Origin: an uncultured Candidatus Saccharibacteria bacterium
Lineage (GTDB): Bacteria; Patescibacteriota; Minisyncoccia; Phycocordibacterales; CAIZLB01
Direction: 5' to 3'
DNA length: 33,265 bases
NCBI GenBank assembly: GCA_964443365.1
Contig: CAYUCM010000002.1
Location: 1-33,265, forward strand
Below are positions 14,938 through 23,375 of this stretch, piece after piece; positions within the stretch are counted from its first letter, which is position 1; every line of letters starts with the position of its first letter. Made by a program: the position numbers and the translations under genes. The notes under the pieces were generated by a model that had not been told where the DNA came from, made no database searches, and saw only the letters and a program-made list of their open reading frames with translations.

Positions 14938-15927
14938 TCAATCCGCATTTGAGCTGATGACATCACCAAAATACACCGTGCCCTCTGTGGTGCGGTGTAT
15001 TTTGGTTTTAGGAAAAACCTCTTGAAACATTTCTTCAATCTCTTTGCTTGGATGTTTGTATCTATTATTTTTTCCATAAGAAAATATTACATCTGTAGGA
15101 TTTATTTTTTTAACGAACTCCTCCGCCGATGAAGTCTTAGATCCATGATGCCCCGCCTTTAATATATTTTGACGAATACTCATGTCATTGAAAATTGTTT
15201 TTACAAACCCATTCTCAATCATGTTGTCTACCAGAACTTTTTCTATCTTAATGGGTGCATCTGCCATTAATAGAAAATTCTTATCAAATGTTTTAAAAGA
15301 AGAAACCGCAGAGAAAAAATTATTATCCTCTATTTCTTTTTTGCTAAACAAGGGTGCATCAAAAACATTTTCAGAAAGCATGCCGGGTGATAAAAAATCC
15401 AAACTTTCATTTTCAGAAAATTGTAAATTAACCCCAGCAAAAACAGGAAGTGTTTTGTTAAAGTTTTGTAAAGTTAAAAGCCCGTCCTCTCGCAAAAAAT
15501 AAATTGGCGAATGTAACACCAACCCAATATTAAAATGCTTTACCAAACTTACAACATCGCCATCATGATCAGCGTCTGGATGTGTGAGTATCAAGATATC
15601 AATTCTTTTTATATCATCACTCAAAATCTTTTTAAGCTCTGGAATTAATTTTCCAAGAGGAGAACCTGTATCAATTAGAATAATCTGTTTCTGTTTTGTA
15701 ATTATTAAAATAGAATCCCCTTGTCCAACATTTAAAAAGTAGACGCCAGTTTTAATTTCAAGCCCAGCCCCAAATTGAGAAATTGCAATATTGATGCTAC
15801 TTATGAAAATCGCCAATAAAAATATGCCAGCAAAAAATAATACCTTCCCATGATATAATAGACGAACACCGAACATATACAAGGTGTCCAAAATTTTCAA
15901 AATTATCATTATTATTTTATCAATCAT
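14938..15927 (-). CDS. comEC: ComEC C-terminal module as a separate gene: TM anchor plus metallo-beta-lactamase domain
   Basis: VYFLNVGQGDSILI...ILIDTGS, ILILTHPDADHDGD (HxHxDH-type motif with the second His replaced by Asp) and LKAGHHGSKTSS are ComEC/Rec2 MBL-domain signatures. There is an N-terminal hydrophobic helix. Confidence 0.8.
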   Translation of the reverse strand: MIDKIIMIILKILDTLYMFGVRLLYHGKVLFFAGIFLLAIFISSINIAISQFGAGLEIKTGVYFLNVGQGDSILIITKQKQIILIDTGSPLGKLIPELKKILSDDIKRIDILILTHPDADHDGDVVSLVKHFNIGLVLHSPIYFLREDGLLTLQNFNKTLPVFAGVNLQFSENESLDFLSPGMLSENVFDAPLFSKKEIEDNNFFSAVSSFKTFDKNFLLMADAPIKIEKVLVDNMIENGFVKTIFNDMSIRQNILKAGHHGSKTSSAEEFVKKINPTDVIFSYGKNNRYKHPSKEIEEMFQEVFPKTKIHRTTEGTVYFGDVISSNAD

Positions 15928-15951
15928 TATTTAATTTATTACCCCATCAAC

Positions 15952-16545
15952 ATGACGTTCACAGAAAAGAAATTCCAAATACCAGAGCTTATCGGTATAA
16001 GCACAAAGACCATTGAGGAGCATCTAAAGCTTTACTCGGGATATGTTAAAAATACCAATTTGATTTTAGAAAAAATTAACGAGGCCAGATCAACAGAGGA
16101 AAGTATCTCAAAAAACACTTATGCAATTTCTGAAATGCAAAGGCGTTTTGCATTTGAATTTAATGGCATGAGGAATCATGAATATTACTTTGAACAATTT
16201 GAGAGTGGTGCCAATTCAATAAATCAAGACCATAAATTATTTAGGACAATCACGGACACTTGGGGTTCTTTTGATTCATGGATAATTAGATTTAAAGAAA
16301 TTGCAATGACTAGAGGCGTCGGGTGGGCTGTGCTTTATTTTGATAAAAAGACAAACAATCTCATTCACACATGGATTGACGAACAACATATAGGACATCT
16401 AGCGGACACTCAAATAATACTCGCTCTTGATATGTGGGAACATTCATATATGTTAGATTGCGCACCAAGTGAAAAGAAAAATTATATTGAATACTTCTTT
16501 CAAAACTTAAATTGGAATATTATTGAGGGACGTTTTGAAAAATAA
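15952..16545 (+). CDS. Fe/Mn-family superoxide dismutase (divergent)
   Basis: DMWEHSYML (DxWEHxYY motif) and NHEYYF are present, with a His in IEEHLKLY. All four metal-ligand positions appear to be retained. The usual KHH motif is absent. Confidence 0.8.
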   Translation: MTFTEKKFQIPELIGISTKTIEEHLKLYSGYVKNTNLILEKINEARSTEESISKNTYAISEMQRRFAFEFNGMRNHEYYFEQFESGANSINQDHKLFRTITDTWGSFDSWIIRFKEIAMTRGVGWAVLYFDKKTNNLIHTWIDEQHIGHLADTQIILALDMWEHSYMLDCAPSEKKNYIEYFFQNLNWNIIEGRFEK

Positions 16546-16635
16546 AATCCAACTCACAAAACGTTGCACGGCGATACAAAATGTAAAACAAATACCACCC
16601 CTCCCTGACAAACAAAAAACAAAACATCCGTGTTT

Positions 16636-16672
16636 CATCTATTAATTTAACCTAAATTAATAGATGTTTTTT
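16636..16672 (+). terminator. Terminator after sod (probably bidirectional, shared with the comEC N-terminal gene)
   Basis: catctattaattt-aacct-aaattaatagatg, a 13-bp perfect stem, followed by TTTTTT. Confidence 0.7.
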
Positions 16673-16680
16673 ATTGTAAA

Positions 16681-18138
16681 TTAATCAGATGAATAATCTA
16701 TAAACTTTTTATAAAGAAAAACCGAAATTGGAATAGCTATTATATACCAGGCTATTACAAAGTAATCGGAAACCTTACCCAGCTCCAATAAAGCATTTTC
16801 TGAATCGGAAATATAACGAACTACAGCCATAAAGTATGCCAAAACAAAATGTGAAACAACACCGAATAACATAGCAACATCAACACTAATGAAACACAAA
16901 ACACTGGCACAAAACACCAGGAGCATTGCCAAGGGAATAAAAGGCACAACCGCTAGATTAGAAAAAATTCCGTATACAGAAAGTGCTCCTGAAAATTTTA
17001 ACAAAAGCGGCATGGAGAAAATTTGAGTTGCAAAGAATGAAGAAACCGTTTCTCTTAATCCAAAACTTTTAGGTAAAAAACGGAACACCCATCCGCTTGA
17101 ATTTCCCAAAAGGACAAGTCCGAGAGTGCAAGCAAAAGACAATTGAAAAGATGGGTCACCAATTAAAATTAATGGATTGAAAATTATCATGAGTAAACCA
17201 GCTATCAAGGTTGCCATAAGCGCACTGTGTCCTATATTAAAAATTCTTGAATAAATTCCGATCAAAGACATGAGAAGAGATCTTATAACAGTTGCCCCAC
17301 CGCCGACCATAATGCAAAACAAAATGATGCCAATAGTTCCAAAAACTCCAGATAAAAGTTTTGGTAAAAAAGAAAAAAATGAAATTATTACCTGAGACAC
17401 AATAGATACATTAAATCCAGAAAGTACCACCATGTGAATTAATCCAGCGCGTTTAAAATGTTCCAAAGACTCTTTGGACATTTCTCCCTTGCCGGTTATT
17501 AAAATTCCAGAACCTAGAGCAAATTCATCTTTATCAGGAAGAACTCGTCTAATATTTTCTACCATCAAATTTCTAAAATTAAAAAGCCCCCTCTTTAGTT
17601 TGTATTCATAACTCATTGAAGTTTTTTTGTACGAAGAAAAACCACCATCCTCCCACGGGATAATTTTTGCATTCTTCATTTCAAACTGAATTCCTCTTGC
17701 AAGTAAAAATAGATTGGAATCAAAATCTTCTGTAATTTCAGGTAAGGAAAGTTTGCCATGAAATTTTATTTTACCTCCAAGGGCGCACCCATCATGAGTG
17801 GAGAGCTCATCACAACTCATAACAATTCTGATTTTATTTTTTCTGAACTCTTTTCTAAAAAAATTAACTGGATTTAAAATACAATTAATTCCACATCGTG
17901 AACTTACGGGTATTTCATTTTTACCAATTTGTATTTTTTCTATGGTAATCACCACTTTTTTTCTAAATCCAAAATCAGTGGGTTCATCACTTATAATACC
18001 CAAAAGCACCACCTCCCTATTTAACTTTTCTAATAAAATTTGTGACCTTGAAGAGACAACCTGATATCTAAAATAAATTAAAAATACAACAAACAAAAAC
18101 ACCAACACAAAAATCAAGATTTTTATTTTTTTATTCAC
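16681..18138 (-). CDS. comEC: ComEC N-terminal module: N-terminal TM plus OB-like region and polytopic competence (DNA channel) domain
   Basis: 485 aa. AGLIHMVVLSGFNVSIV matches the ComEC competence-domain HLLAISGLH-type motif. There are many TM helices. The start is GTG, with no nearby ATG. Confidence 0.8.
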   Translation of the reverse strand: MNKKIKILIFVLVFLFVVFLIYFRYQVVSSRSQILLEKLNREVVLLGIISDEPTDFGFRKKVVITIEKIQIGKNEIPVSSRCGINCILNPVNFFRKEFRKNKIRIVMSCDELSTHDGCALGGKIKFHGKLSLPEITEDFDSNLFLLARGIQFEMKNAKIIPWEDGGFSSYKKTSMSYEYKLKRGLFNFRNLMVENIRRVLPDKDEFALGSGILITGKGEMSKESLEHFKRAGLIHMVVLSGFNVSIVSQVIISFFSFLPKLLSGVFGTIGIILFCIMVGGGATVIRSLLMSLIGIYSRIFNIGHSALMATLIAGLLMIIFNPLILIGDPSFQLSFACTLGLVLLGNSSGWVFRFLPKSFGLRETVSSFFATQIFSMPLLLKFSGALSVYGIFSNLAVVPFIPLAMLLVFCASVLCFISVDVAMLFGVVSHFVLAYFMAVVRYISDSENALLELGKVSDYFVIAWYIIAIPISVFLYKKFIDYSSD

Positions 18139-18336
18139 GCCACCATTCTATAAAACAGACATGAAGATTTTATGAAGTTTTTTGTGACAAACCAAATTCC
18201 TTTAGTAATTTTTCCGTTGGATAATATTTAACATATTTTCCAGACCGTTTTACATAAACCAAACCCCGATGAAGCAAGTATTTTAAATCTATACATGTCA
18301 GGTTATTACATGACCCAATTTGAGTCTTATTTAAAG

Positions 18337-19146
18337 CTATTTATTACCTCTAAAAATCCTTATGATCTCCTCCTCATCACTCTTAGAAATTGCCTTTTTA
18401 TAAAGCGCCCCACTCTTTCCCTTCACCCTCTTTTCACAATCGCTCCAATTATTATCGATATGAATTTTACCATCAACAAAACTAACATAGGAATACGCCT
18501 TAGCGCTACTCTTACCACCACCCTTACGCGCGCCTCCACTTCCCCCAATCTCTCCACTCTTCTTCAGATCTTTTGCCTCTTGTATTAATTCTGGATTATA
18601 AAAAACTTTCAAAATATCATCGGCATTCAAATTATTTATTTTATATTTATCGAGTGCCCCATCGTACAAATCAACCGTCTCACCATCCGCAAATTTTGTA
18701 GCAATTTCATCACATCTCTCATTCCCTAGAACACCAGCGTGCCCCGGCAAAAGTTTCCAATTAATTTTTTTACCAGAAATAAGATCGCTCATTTCTTCCC
18801 AAAGCTCTCTATTTTTTACCTCCTCTTTATTTGCAGTTTTCCATCCATTTCTCTTCCAACCAAAAATCCACTCAGTTGCGCCCTTAATCACATATTTAGA
18901 ATCAGTAAAAATAGTTATTTCTAATGGATTACTTAAATCATTTTTATTTTTGTCGATTAAACAAAGTGCGTCAATCACAGACTGAAGCTCCATTTTGTTA
19001 TTTGTGGTGTGTTCAAATCTTTTACCCAATTCAATTACCCTGTCATTATGTATAAAAATTGCACCATAACCGCCCCTACCAGGGTTTCCCCTAGATGAAC
19101 CGTCAGAAAAGATTATGATTTGGTTTTTGTTTAGTTTTTGTGGCAT
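18337..19146 (-). CDS. rnhA: Ribonuclease HI with a C-terminal hybrid-binding-like domain
   Basis: The RNase H catalytic pattern is present: FSDGSSRGNPG, NNKMELQSVI, IFTDSKYVI and GHAGVLGNERCDEIA. A Gly-rich linker follows, then YSYVSFVDGKIHIDNNWSDCEKRVKGKSGALYKKAIS. Confidence 0.85.
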   Translation of the reverse strand: MPQKLNKNQIIIFSDGSSRGNPGRGGYGAIFIHNDRVIELGKRFEHTTNNKMELQSVIDALCLIDKNKNDLSNPLEITIFTDSKYVIKGATEWIFGWKRNGWKTANKEEVKNRELWEEMSDLISGKKINWKLLPGHAGVLGNERCDEIATKFADGETVDLYDGALDKYKINNLNADDILKVFYNPELIQEAKDLKKSGEIGGSGGARKGGGKSSAKAYSYVSFVDGKIHIDNNWSDCEKRVKGKSGALYKKAISKSDEEEIIRIFRGNK

Positions 19147-19237
19147 TTGCGTAATGTTTATTAAAAGTTTAAGGCAAATCCAAAAATTCGCAAGTTTTTT
19201 GGGATTGAAGTCCTGAAATTCCCGGGGTTATTTAGAT

Positions 19238-20995
19238 TTAAACAATATCCACAATCCTAACCCTAAGCACCGGCGTGTAAGTAAAAGTGGATTTTTCCAT
19301 ATTTCCCAGAATTGTACGAGTCACCTCCTCGCCATTCTTAAGAGCTGTGTCTATTTCGTTAAAAAGAGACTCTTCAGCAAAAAATTGAATAGCCTTGATA
19401 TTAAAAGCATCATTTGGACTTGAAAAAGAAATCTCCAAATGCTCTTTCTTCTTGCCAAACATCTTAATTTCCTTTATCAAGACATTATGAAAAGCAAAAA
19501 GGGGTTTGGGATTGCCTTCGCCAAAAGGGGCCAATTTATCTATACCATTCCAAGTTTGCCAATTAATTTGATTTGGCAAAAGTGACGCATCCACAGTGTA
19601 GCTAATTTCCTTTAGATTTTCTTTATATAAACCGTCAAAACTTTCCTTAATTTTATCTCTAAACTCATGTATTTCATTTTCATTTATAGAAAAACCTCCA
19701 GAAAAAGAGTGCCCACCCGCATTTATGAACAAATTTGGGTTTTTTGTTTGAGCATCTCTTAAAACGGAAACGACATCGCAAAAACCATCAGATCTACAAG
19801 ATCCCTTAATCATCCCCTCGCTTCTTCCCCATAAAAATACTGGCACATTATAATCTTTGACGAGTGATGTTGCGACCAATCCCAAAAGTGCCGGGCTCCA
19901 GTCAGGATTCCCGACCACAATTACACTATCTTCATCTAATTTTAATTCTCTTATAATCTTATGAATTTCTTTGCTGGTTTTTGCAACAATAGTCTTTCTT
20001 TCATCGTTTATTGAATTCAAATGTTTAACCATTTCTTCTGCCTCAGACGGAGAATCCGTCGAAAGTAGCACAAAAGCATCTCTGGGATCCGCCATTCTTG
20101 AAGCTGCATTAATTCTTGGGGTAATCAAAAACGTAATATCTTCTTCCACAAGATCTTTGGTGGAGATTTTTAATGATCTAAACAGCTTAACAAGCCCTAA
20201 TCTTGGAGTTTTTTTAAGAACAAGCAAACCATATTTGGCAAAAACTCTATTTTCATTTACAAGCGGGACCATATCAGACAAAGTGGCAATACCAACTAAA
20301 TCAAGAAGCCATTTTTCCCAACCTTCTTTTATATTAAATTTATTTTGACCATTTCTATCATTTAAAATTAAGGCCTGTACGAGTTTAAACGCAACCCCCG
20401 CTCCACAAAGCATCTTGTCTGGATAACTGCAATCTAATCGCTTAGGATCAAGCACAGCAACTGCAGGAGGTAATGTTTCAAGCGGCAAGTGATGATCTGT
20501 GATAATCACATCTATATTATTTTCATTGGCTTTTTTTACTGTCTCTATGTCTGTAATACCACAATCAAGTGTGATAATGAGCATTTTTTGTCCATTAGCT
20601 AAATTCTCTTCAGCCAAACCCTCCACAACATGAATATGAAATCCAAAACCCTCTTTATGTCTATGCGGAATGTAATTTACAAAATTAGTATATGAAATCT
20701 TCTTAAAGAAATCATGAAGAACAACTGAAGCTGGAATACCGTCTGCGTCAAAATCGCCATAAATAACAATTTTTTCATTATTATCTATTGCTTGCATAAT
20801 TCTTGATACAGCAATATCCATATCCTTCATTAAAAAAGGATTGTGAACATGCTTATCATAGTCTGGATTAAGAAACGCATCCTTGTCTTGTGGACTAACA
20901 ATTCCTCTGCTTTGAAGCAAATGATCTGTTATAGTGTCACCAATCCAAGGCCTAATCTCGTACTTTTTTGTTTTTTTATTTTTATCGCTTTTCAA
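19238..20995 (-). CDS. recJ: Single-stranded-DNA-specific exonuclease RecJ
   Basis: DHH-family motifs are present (IYGDFDADGI, ITLDCGI, VIITDHH), as is a DHHA1-like GGHSFSGG. The start is TTG per the track. Confidence 0.9.
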   Translation of the reverse strand: MKSDKNKKTKKYEIRPWIGDTITDHLLQSRGIVSPQDKDAFLNPDYDKHVHNPFLMKDMDIAVSRIMQAIDNNEKIVIYGDFDADGIPASVVLHDFFKKISYTNFVNYIPHRHKEGFGFHIHVVEGLAEENLANGQKMLIITLDCGITDIETVKKANENNIDVIITDHHLPLETLPPAVAVLDPKRLDCSYPDKMLCGAGVAFKLVQALILNDRNGQNKFNIKEGWEKWLLDLVGIATLSDMVPLVNENRVFAKYGLLVLKKTPRLGLVKLFRSLKISTKDLVEEDITFLITPRINAASRMADPRDAFVLLSTDSPSEAEEMVKHLNSINDERKTIVAKTSKEIHKIIRELKLDEDSVIVVGNPDWSPALLGLVATSLVKDYNVPVFLWGRSEGMIKGSCRSDGFCDVVSVLRDAQTKNPNLFINAGGHSFSGGFSINENEIHEFRDKIKESFDGLYKENLKEISYTVDASLLPNQINWQTWNGIDKLAPFGEGNPKPLFAFHNVLIKEIKMFGKKKEHLEISFSSPNDAFNIKAIQFFAEESLFNEIDTALKNGEEVTRTILGNMEKSTFTYTPVLRVRIVDIV

Positions 20996-21024
20996 TAAAT
21001 TGATTCTATCATAAAATAGCTATT

Positions 21025-21501
21025 ATGAGCGATATACATACAAATCAAAACACAAATAACATAGAGGGGGTAAGTCAGGTTAATACAGGACCAGAGGATT
21101 GCGTATTTTGTAAAATTATAGACGGTACAATTCCTTCTCATAAAATATATGAGGACGATGAAACCTTGGCCATTCTTGATATTGCACCGACAAATTACGG
21201 GCATGTACTAGTTTTATCAAAAGACCATTTTGAAAATATTTATACATTACCGCAAGAAACAGCTTGCAGAATAATGATGACGGTGCAGAAGATGGCAACA
21301 GCCGTAAGAAACGGTGTAGAATCTGACGGCGTTAATATTATTATGAATAATGAACCAGCGGCTGGACAAATTATATTTCACGCACATGTTCATGTTGTGC
21401 CAAGGCTAAATGAAGACGGATTAAGACATTGGCCACACAAAGAATATAAAGATGAAGAAGAAAAAATGGTTTATGTAGAAAAAATAAAGAAAGAGATATA
21501 A
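21025..21501 (+). CDS. HIT (histidine triad) family protein
   Basis: CVFCKII...IFHAHVHVVPR (HxHxHxx). Confidence 0.9.
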   Translation: MSDIHTNQNTNNIEGVSQVNTGPEDCVFCKIIDGTIPSHKIYEDDETLAILDIAPTNYGHVLVLSKDHFENIYTLPQETACRIMMTVQKMATAVRNGVESDGVNIIMNNEPAAGQIIFHAHVHVVPRLNEDGLRHWPHKEYKDEEEKMVYVEKIKKEI

Positions 21502-21541
21502 GCACAGGGAATCAAACAACAGACAAAAAACAGATATGGGG

Positions 21542-21580
21542 ATGCCCCGCTCGCGCGCACGCGAGCGGGGCATTTTCTTA
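21542..21580 (+). terminator. Very G+C-rich 14-bp perfect hairpin plus T-tract after the HIT gene
   Basis: atgccccgctcgcg-cgca-cgcgagcggggcat followed by tttctt. It sits between convergent genes. Confidence 0.7.
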
Positions 21581-21597
21581 CCACGAAGAGCACAACC

Positions 21598-22110
21598 TCA
21601 AATCGTCTCGCCGCAGTTAAGAGCAAGTAGTGAAGGTGTTACAATCCTGTTATAATTACCCCCACGGAAAGAAGTAGTATCTGTTGCGGAACGCAGATAG
21701 AATTGCCTACCTCCGTTGTGAGTAGAAACAACAAGTCGCAAATTCCCAAATTTACACGGGAAAAAGGTGCCATAATCCGTCACGGTCAGGTATTCAGTGT
21801 AATTTGAATTGGAAAGAAAAGCCAAAATTTGCCAAGGTGTCAAAAAACAACCATCAGAAAAATTGGAAAAATTCCAAAACCATTCACACAGCATACCCAG
21901 CCGAACCACAACACGCACGTCGACCCGTATTTCAGGAGTTGATATGAAAAAATCAGCACTCCTTTCATTTAAGATACCAACACTGCGCAAATACCTCTTC
22001 AGAACCTTCATGAAACTAGTCTCCCAACAGGATTCGTTATAGGCAGAAACAGCAGGAATGTGCGGGTATCTTGAATCAACAATAATCGATCTTGAAAAAT
22101 CTTGGTTCAT
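21598..22110 (-). CDS. Hypothetical 170-aa protein (Cys/Trp/Phe-rich, no recognisable motif, raised G+C)
   Basis: ATG start. The ORF fills the gap between terminators. My hand count of four 60-nt lines inside it gives 103/240 = 43% G+C, against 19/60 = 32% for a pgk line. Confidence 0.5.
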   Translation of the reverse strand: MNQDFSRSIIVDSRYPHIPAVSAYNESCWETSFMKVLKRYLRSVGILNERSADFFISTPEIRVDVRVVVRLGMLCEWFWNFSNFSDGCFLTPWQILAFLSNSNYTEYLTVTDYGTFFPCKFGNLRLVVSTHNGGRQFYLRSATDTTSFRGGNYNRIVTPSLLALNCGETI

Positions 22111-22132
22111 AGCTGGAATGTTCGTTTAAATG

Positions 22133-22162
22133 ACAGAAAAACTAGAAGGAACACCCGTTCCT
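22133..22162 (-). terminator. Terminator after pgk
   Basis: The minus strand reads AGGAAC-GGGT-GTTCCT followed by TCTAGTTTTTCTG. Confidence 0.55.
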
Positions 22163-22184
22163 ATCCACTAAAACCATACACCCG

Positions 22185-23360
22185 CTATCTTAGCGCGTCA
22201 ATCCCAGGCAAACTCTCATTAATCAAAAAATCAATCATGGCTCCCCCACCTGTTGAAATAAACAAATTTAAATCCAAATCTTTATCAACATTTTGAATTG
22301 CGGCAACAGTATCTCCTCCACCAATCGCACCCTTAATTTTACTTTCAACCAAAAGCTTTGCACACGCAACGGTTTGATCCTTAAAACCTTTTTCATAATT
22401 TCCAAGAGGGCCATTCCACAAAACAAACTTTGCATTAGAAATAACATTCTTTAACTCCTCTAAAATACTTGGACCAAGATCACAAATAACATCGCTATCA
22501 GAAACATCTTCAATTTTCTTTATATAAATACTATCTATATTTTCAGCATTATAAACAACAACGTCCTTTGCTAATATAATTTTTTCATTATTTACAATAT
22601 CAGAAATATCAATATTACCATCTGAAACAAGAGATTTGCCAATATTATAGCCTCTCGCTTTGTAAACATCGTTGATTAAGGCGCCTCCCAAAATTACGTA
22701 GTCTGCCTTATCTAAAAACTTTTTAATTAATGACAATTTAGTATCAAATTTTGCACCCCCGAGAATAAACACAAAAGGATGTGGGGGATTAATCGCTGTT
22801 TTCAAAGAGTTAATTTCATTTAAAAGTTCTATGCCAGCAAAATGAGGCAGAAATTTTGGAACACCAACAACCGACGCGTGCTTTCTATGAGAAACAGAAA
22901 ATGCTTCATTGACATAAAAATCTGCAAGACCTGCAAGCTTCTTAGAGAAATCTTCATCATTATTTTTTTCTCCAGGATTAATTCTTAAATTATCCAAAAG
23001 AATCATCTCCCCATCTTTCATATTTGAAATGGAAGATTCCACAGCATCATCAATCACTCCATCCCCACTTACAAATTGCACATTCCTATTCAATTTTTCA
23101 TTAAAATATTTAGCAACAATAGCCATTCCCTTTTGACCCAAAAGATCCACATCTTCTGCTTCTATGTGAGAAATCAAAATAATTTTTGCTCCACCGGCAA
23201 TTAATAAATCAAGCGTTGGAATAACAGCCTTAAGCCTCATATCCTCAACAATTTCACCATTAGATATGGGCACATTAAAATCCGCTCTTATCAAAAACTT
23301 CTTTGAAGTTATATTATTTTTTTGCACGAATTCCTCAATCCCCATTATTTCTTTATTCAT
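22185..23360 (-). CDS. pgk: Phosphoglycerate kinase
   Basis: 391 aa with RADFNVP, the SHxGRP-equivalent ILISH and GGGDTVAA motifs. Confidence 0.95.
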   Translation of the reverse strand: MNKEIMGIEEFVQKNNITSKKFLIRADFNVPISNGEIVEDMRLKAVIPTLDLLIAGGAKIILISHIEAEDVDLLGQKGMAIVAKYFNEKLNRNVQFVSGDGVIDDAVESSISNMKDGEMILLDNLRINPGEKNNDEDFSKKLAGLADFYVNEAFSVSHRKHASVVGVPKFLPHFAGIELLNEINSLKTAINPPHPFVFILGGAKFDTKLSLIKKFLDKADYVILGGALINDVYKARGYNIGKSLVSDGNIDISDIVNNEKIILAKDVVVYNAENIDSIYIKKIEDVSDSDVICDLGPSILEELKNVISNAKFVLWNGPLGNYEKGFKDQTVACAKLLVESKIKGAIGGGDTVAAIQNVDKDLDLNLFISTGGGAMIDFLINESLPGIDALR

Positions 23361-23375
23361 TTTTATTTTGATTAT

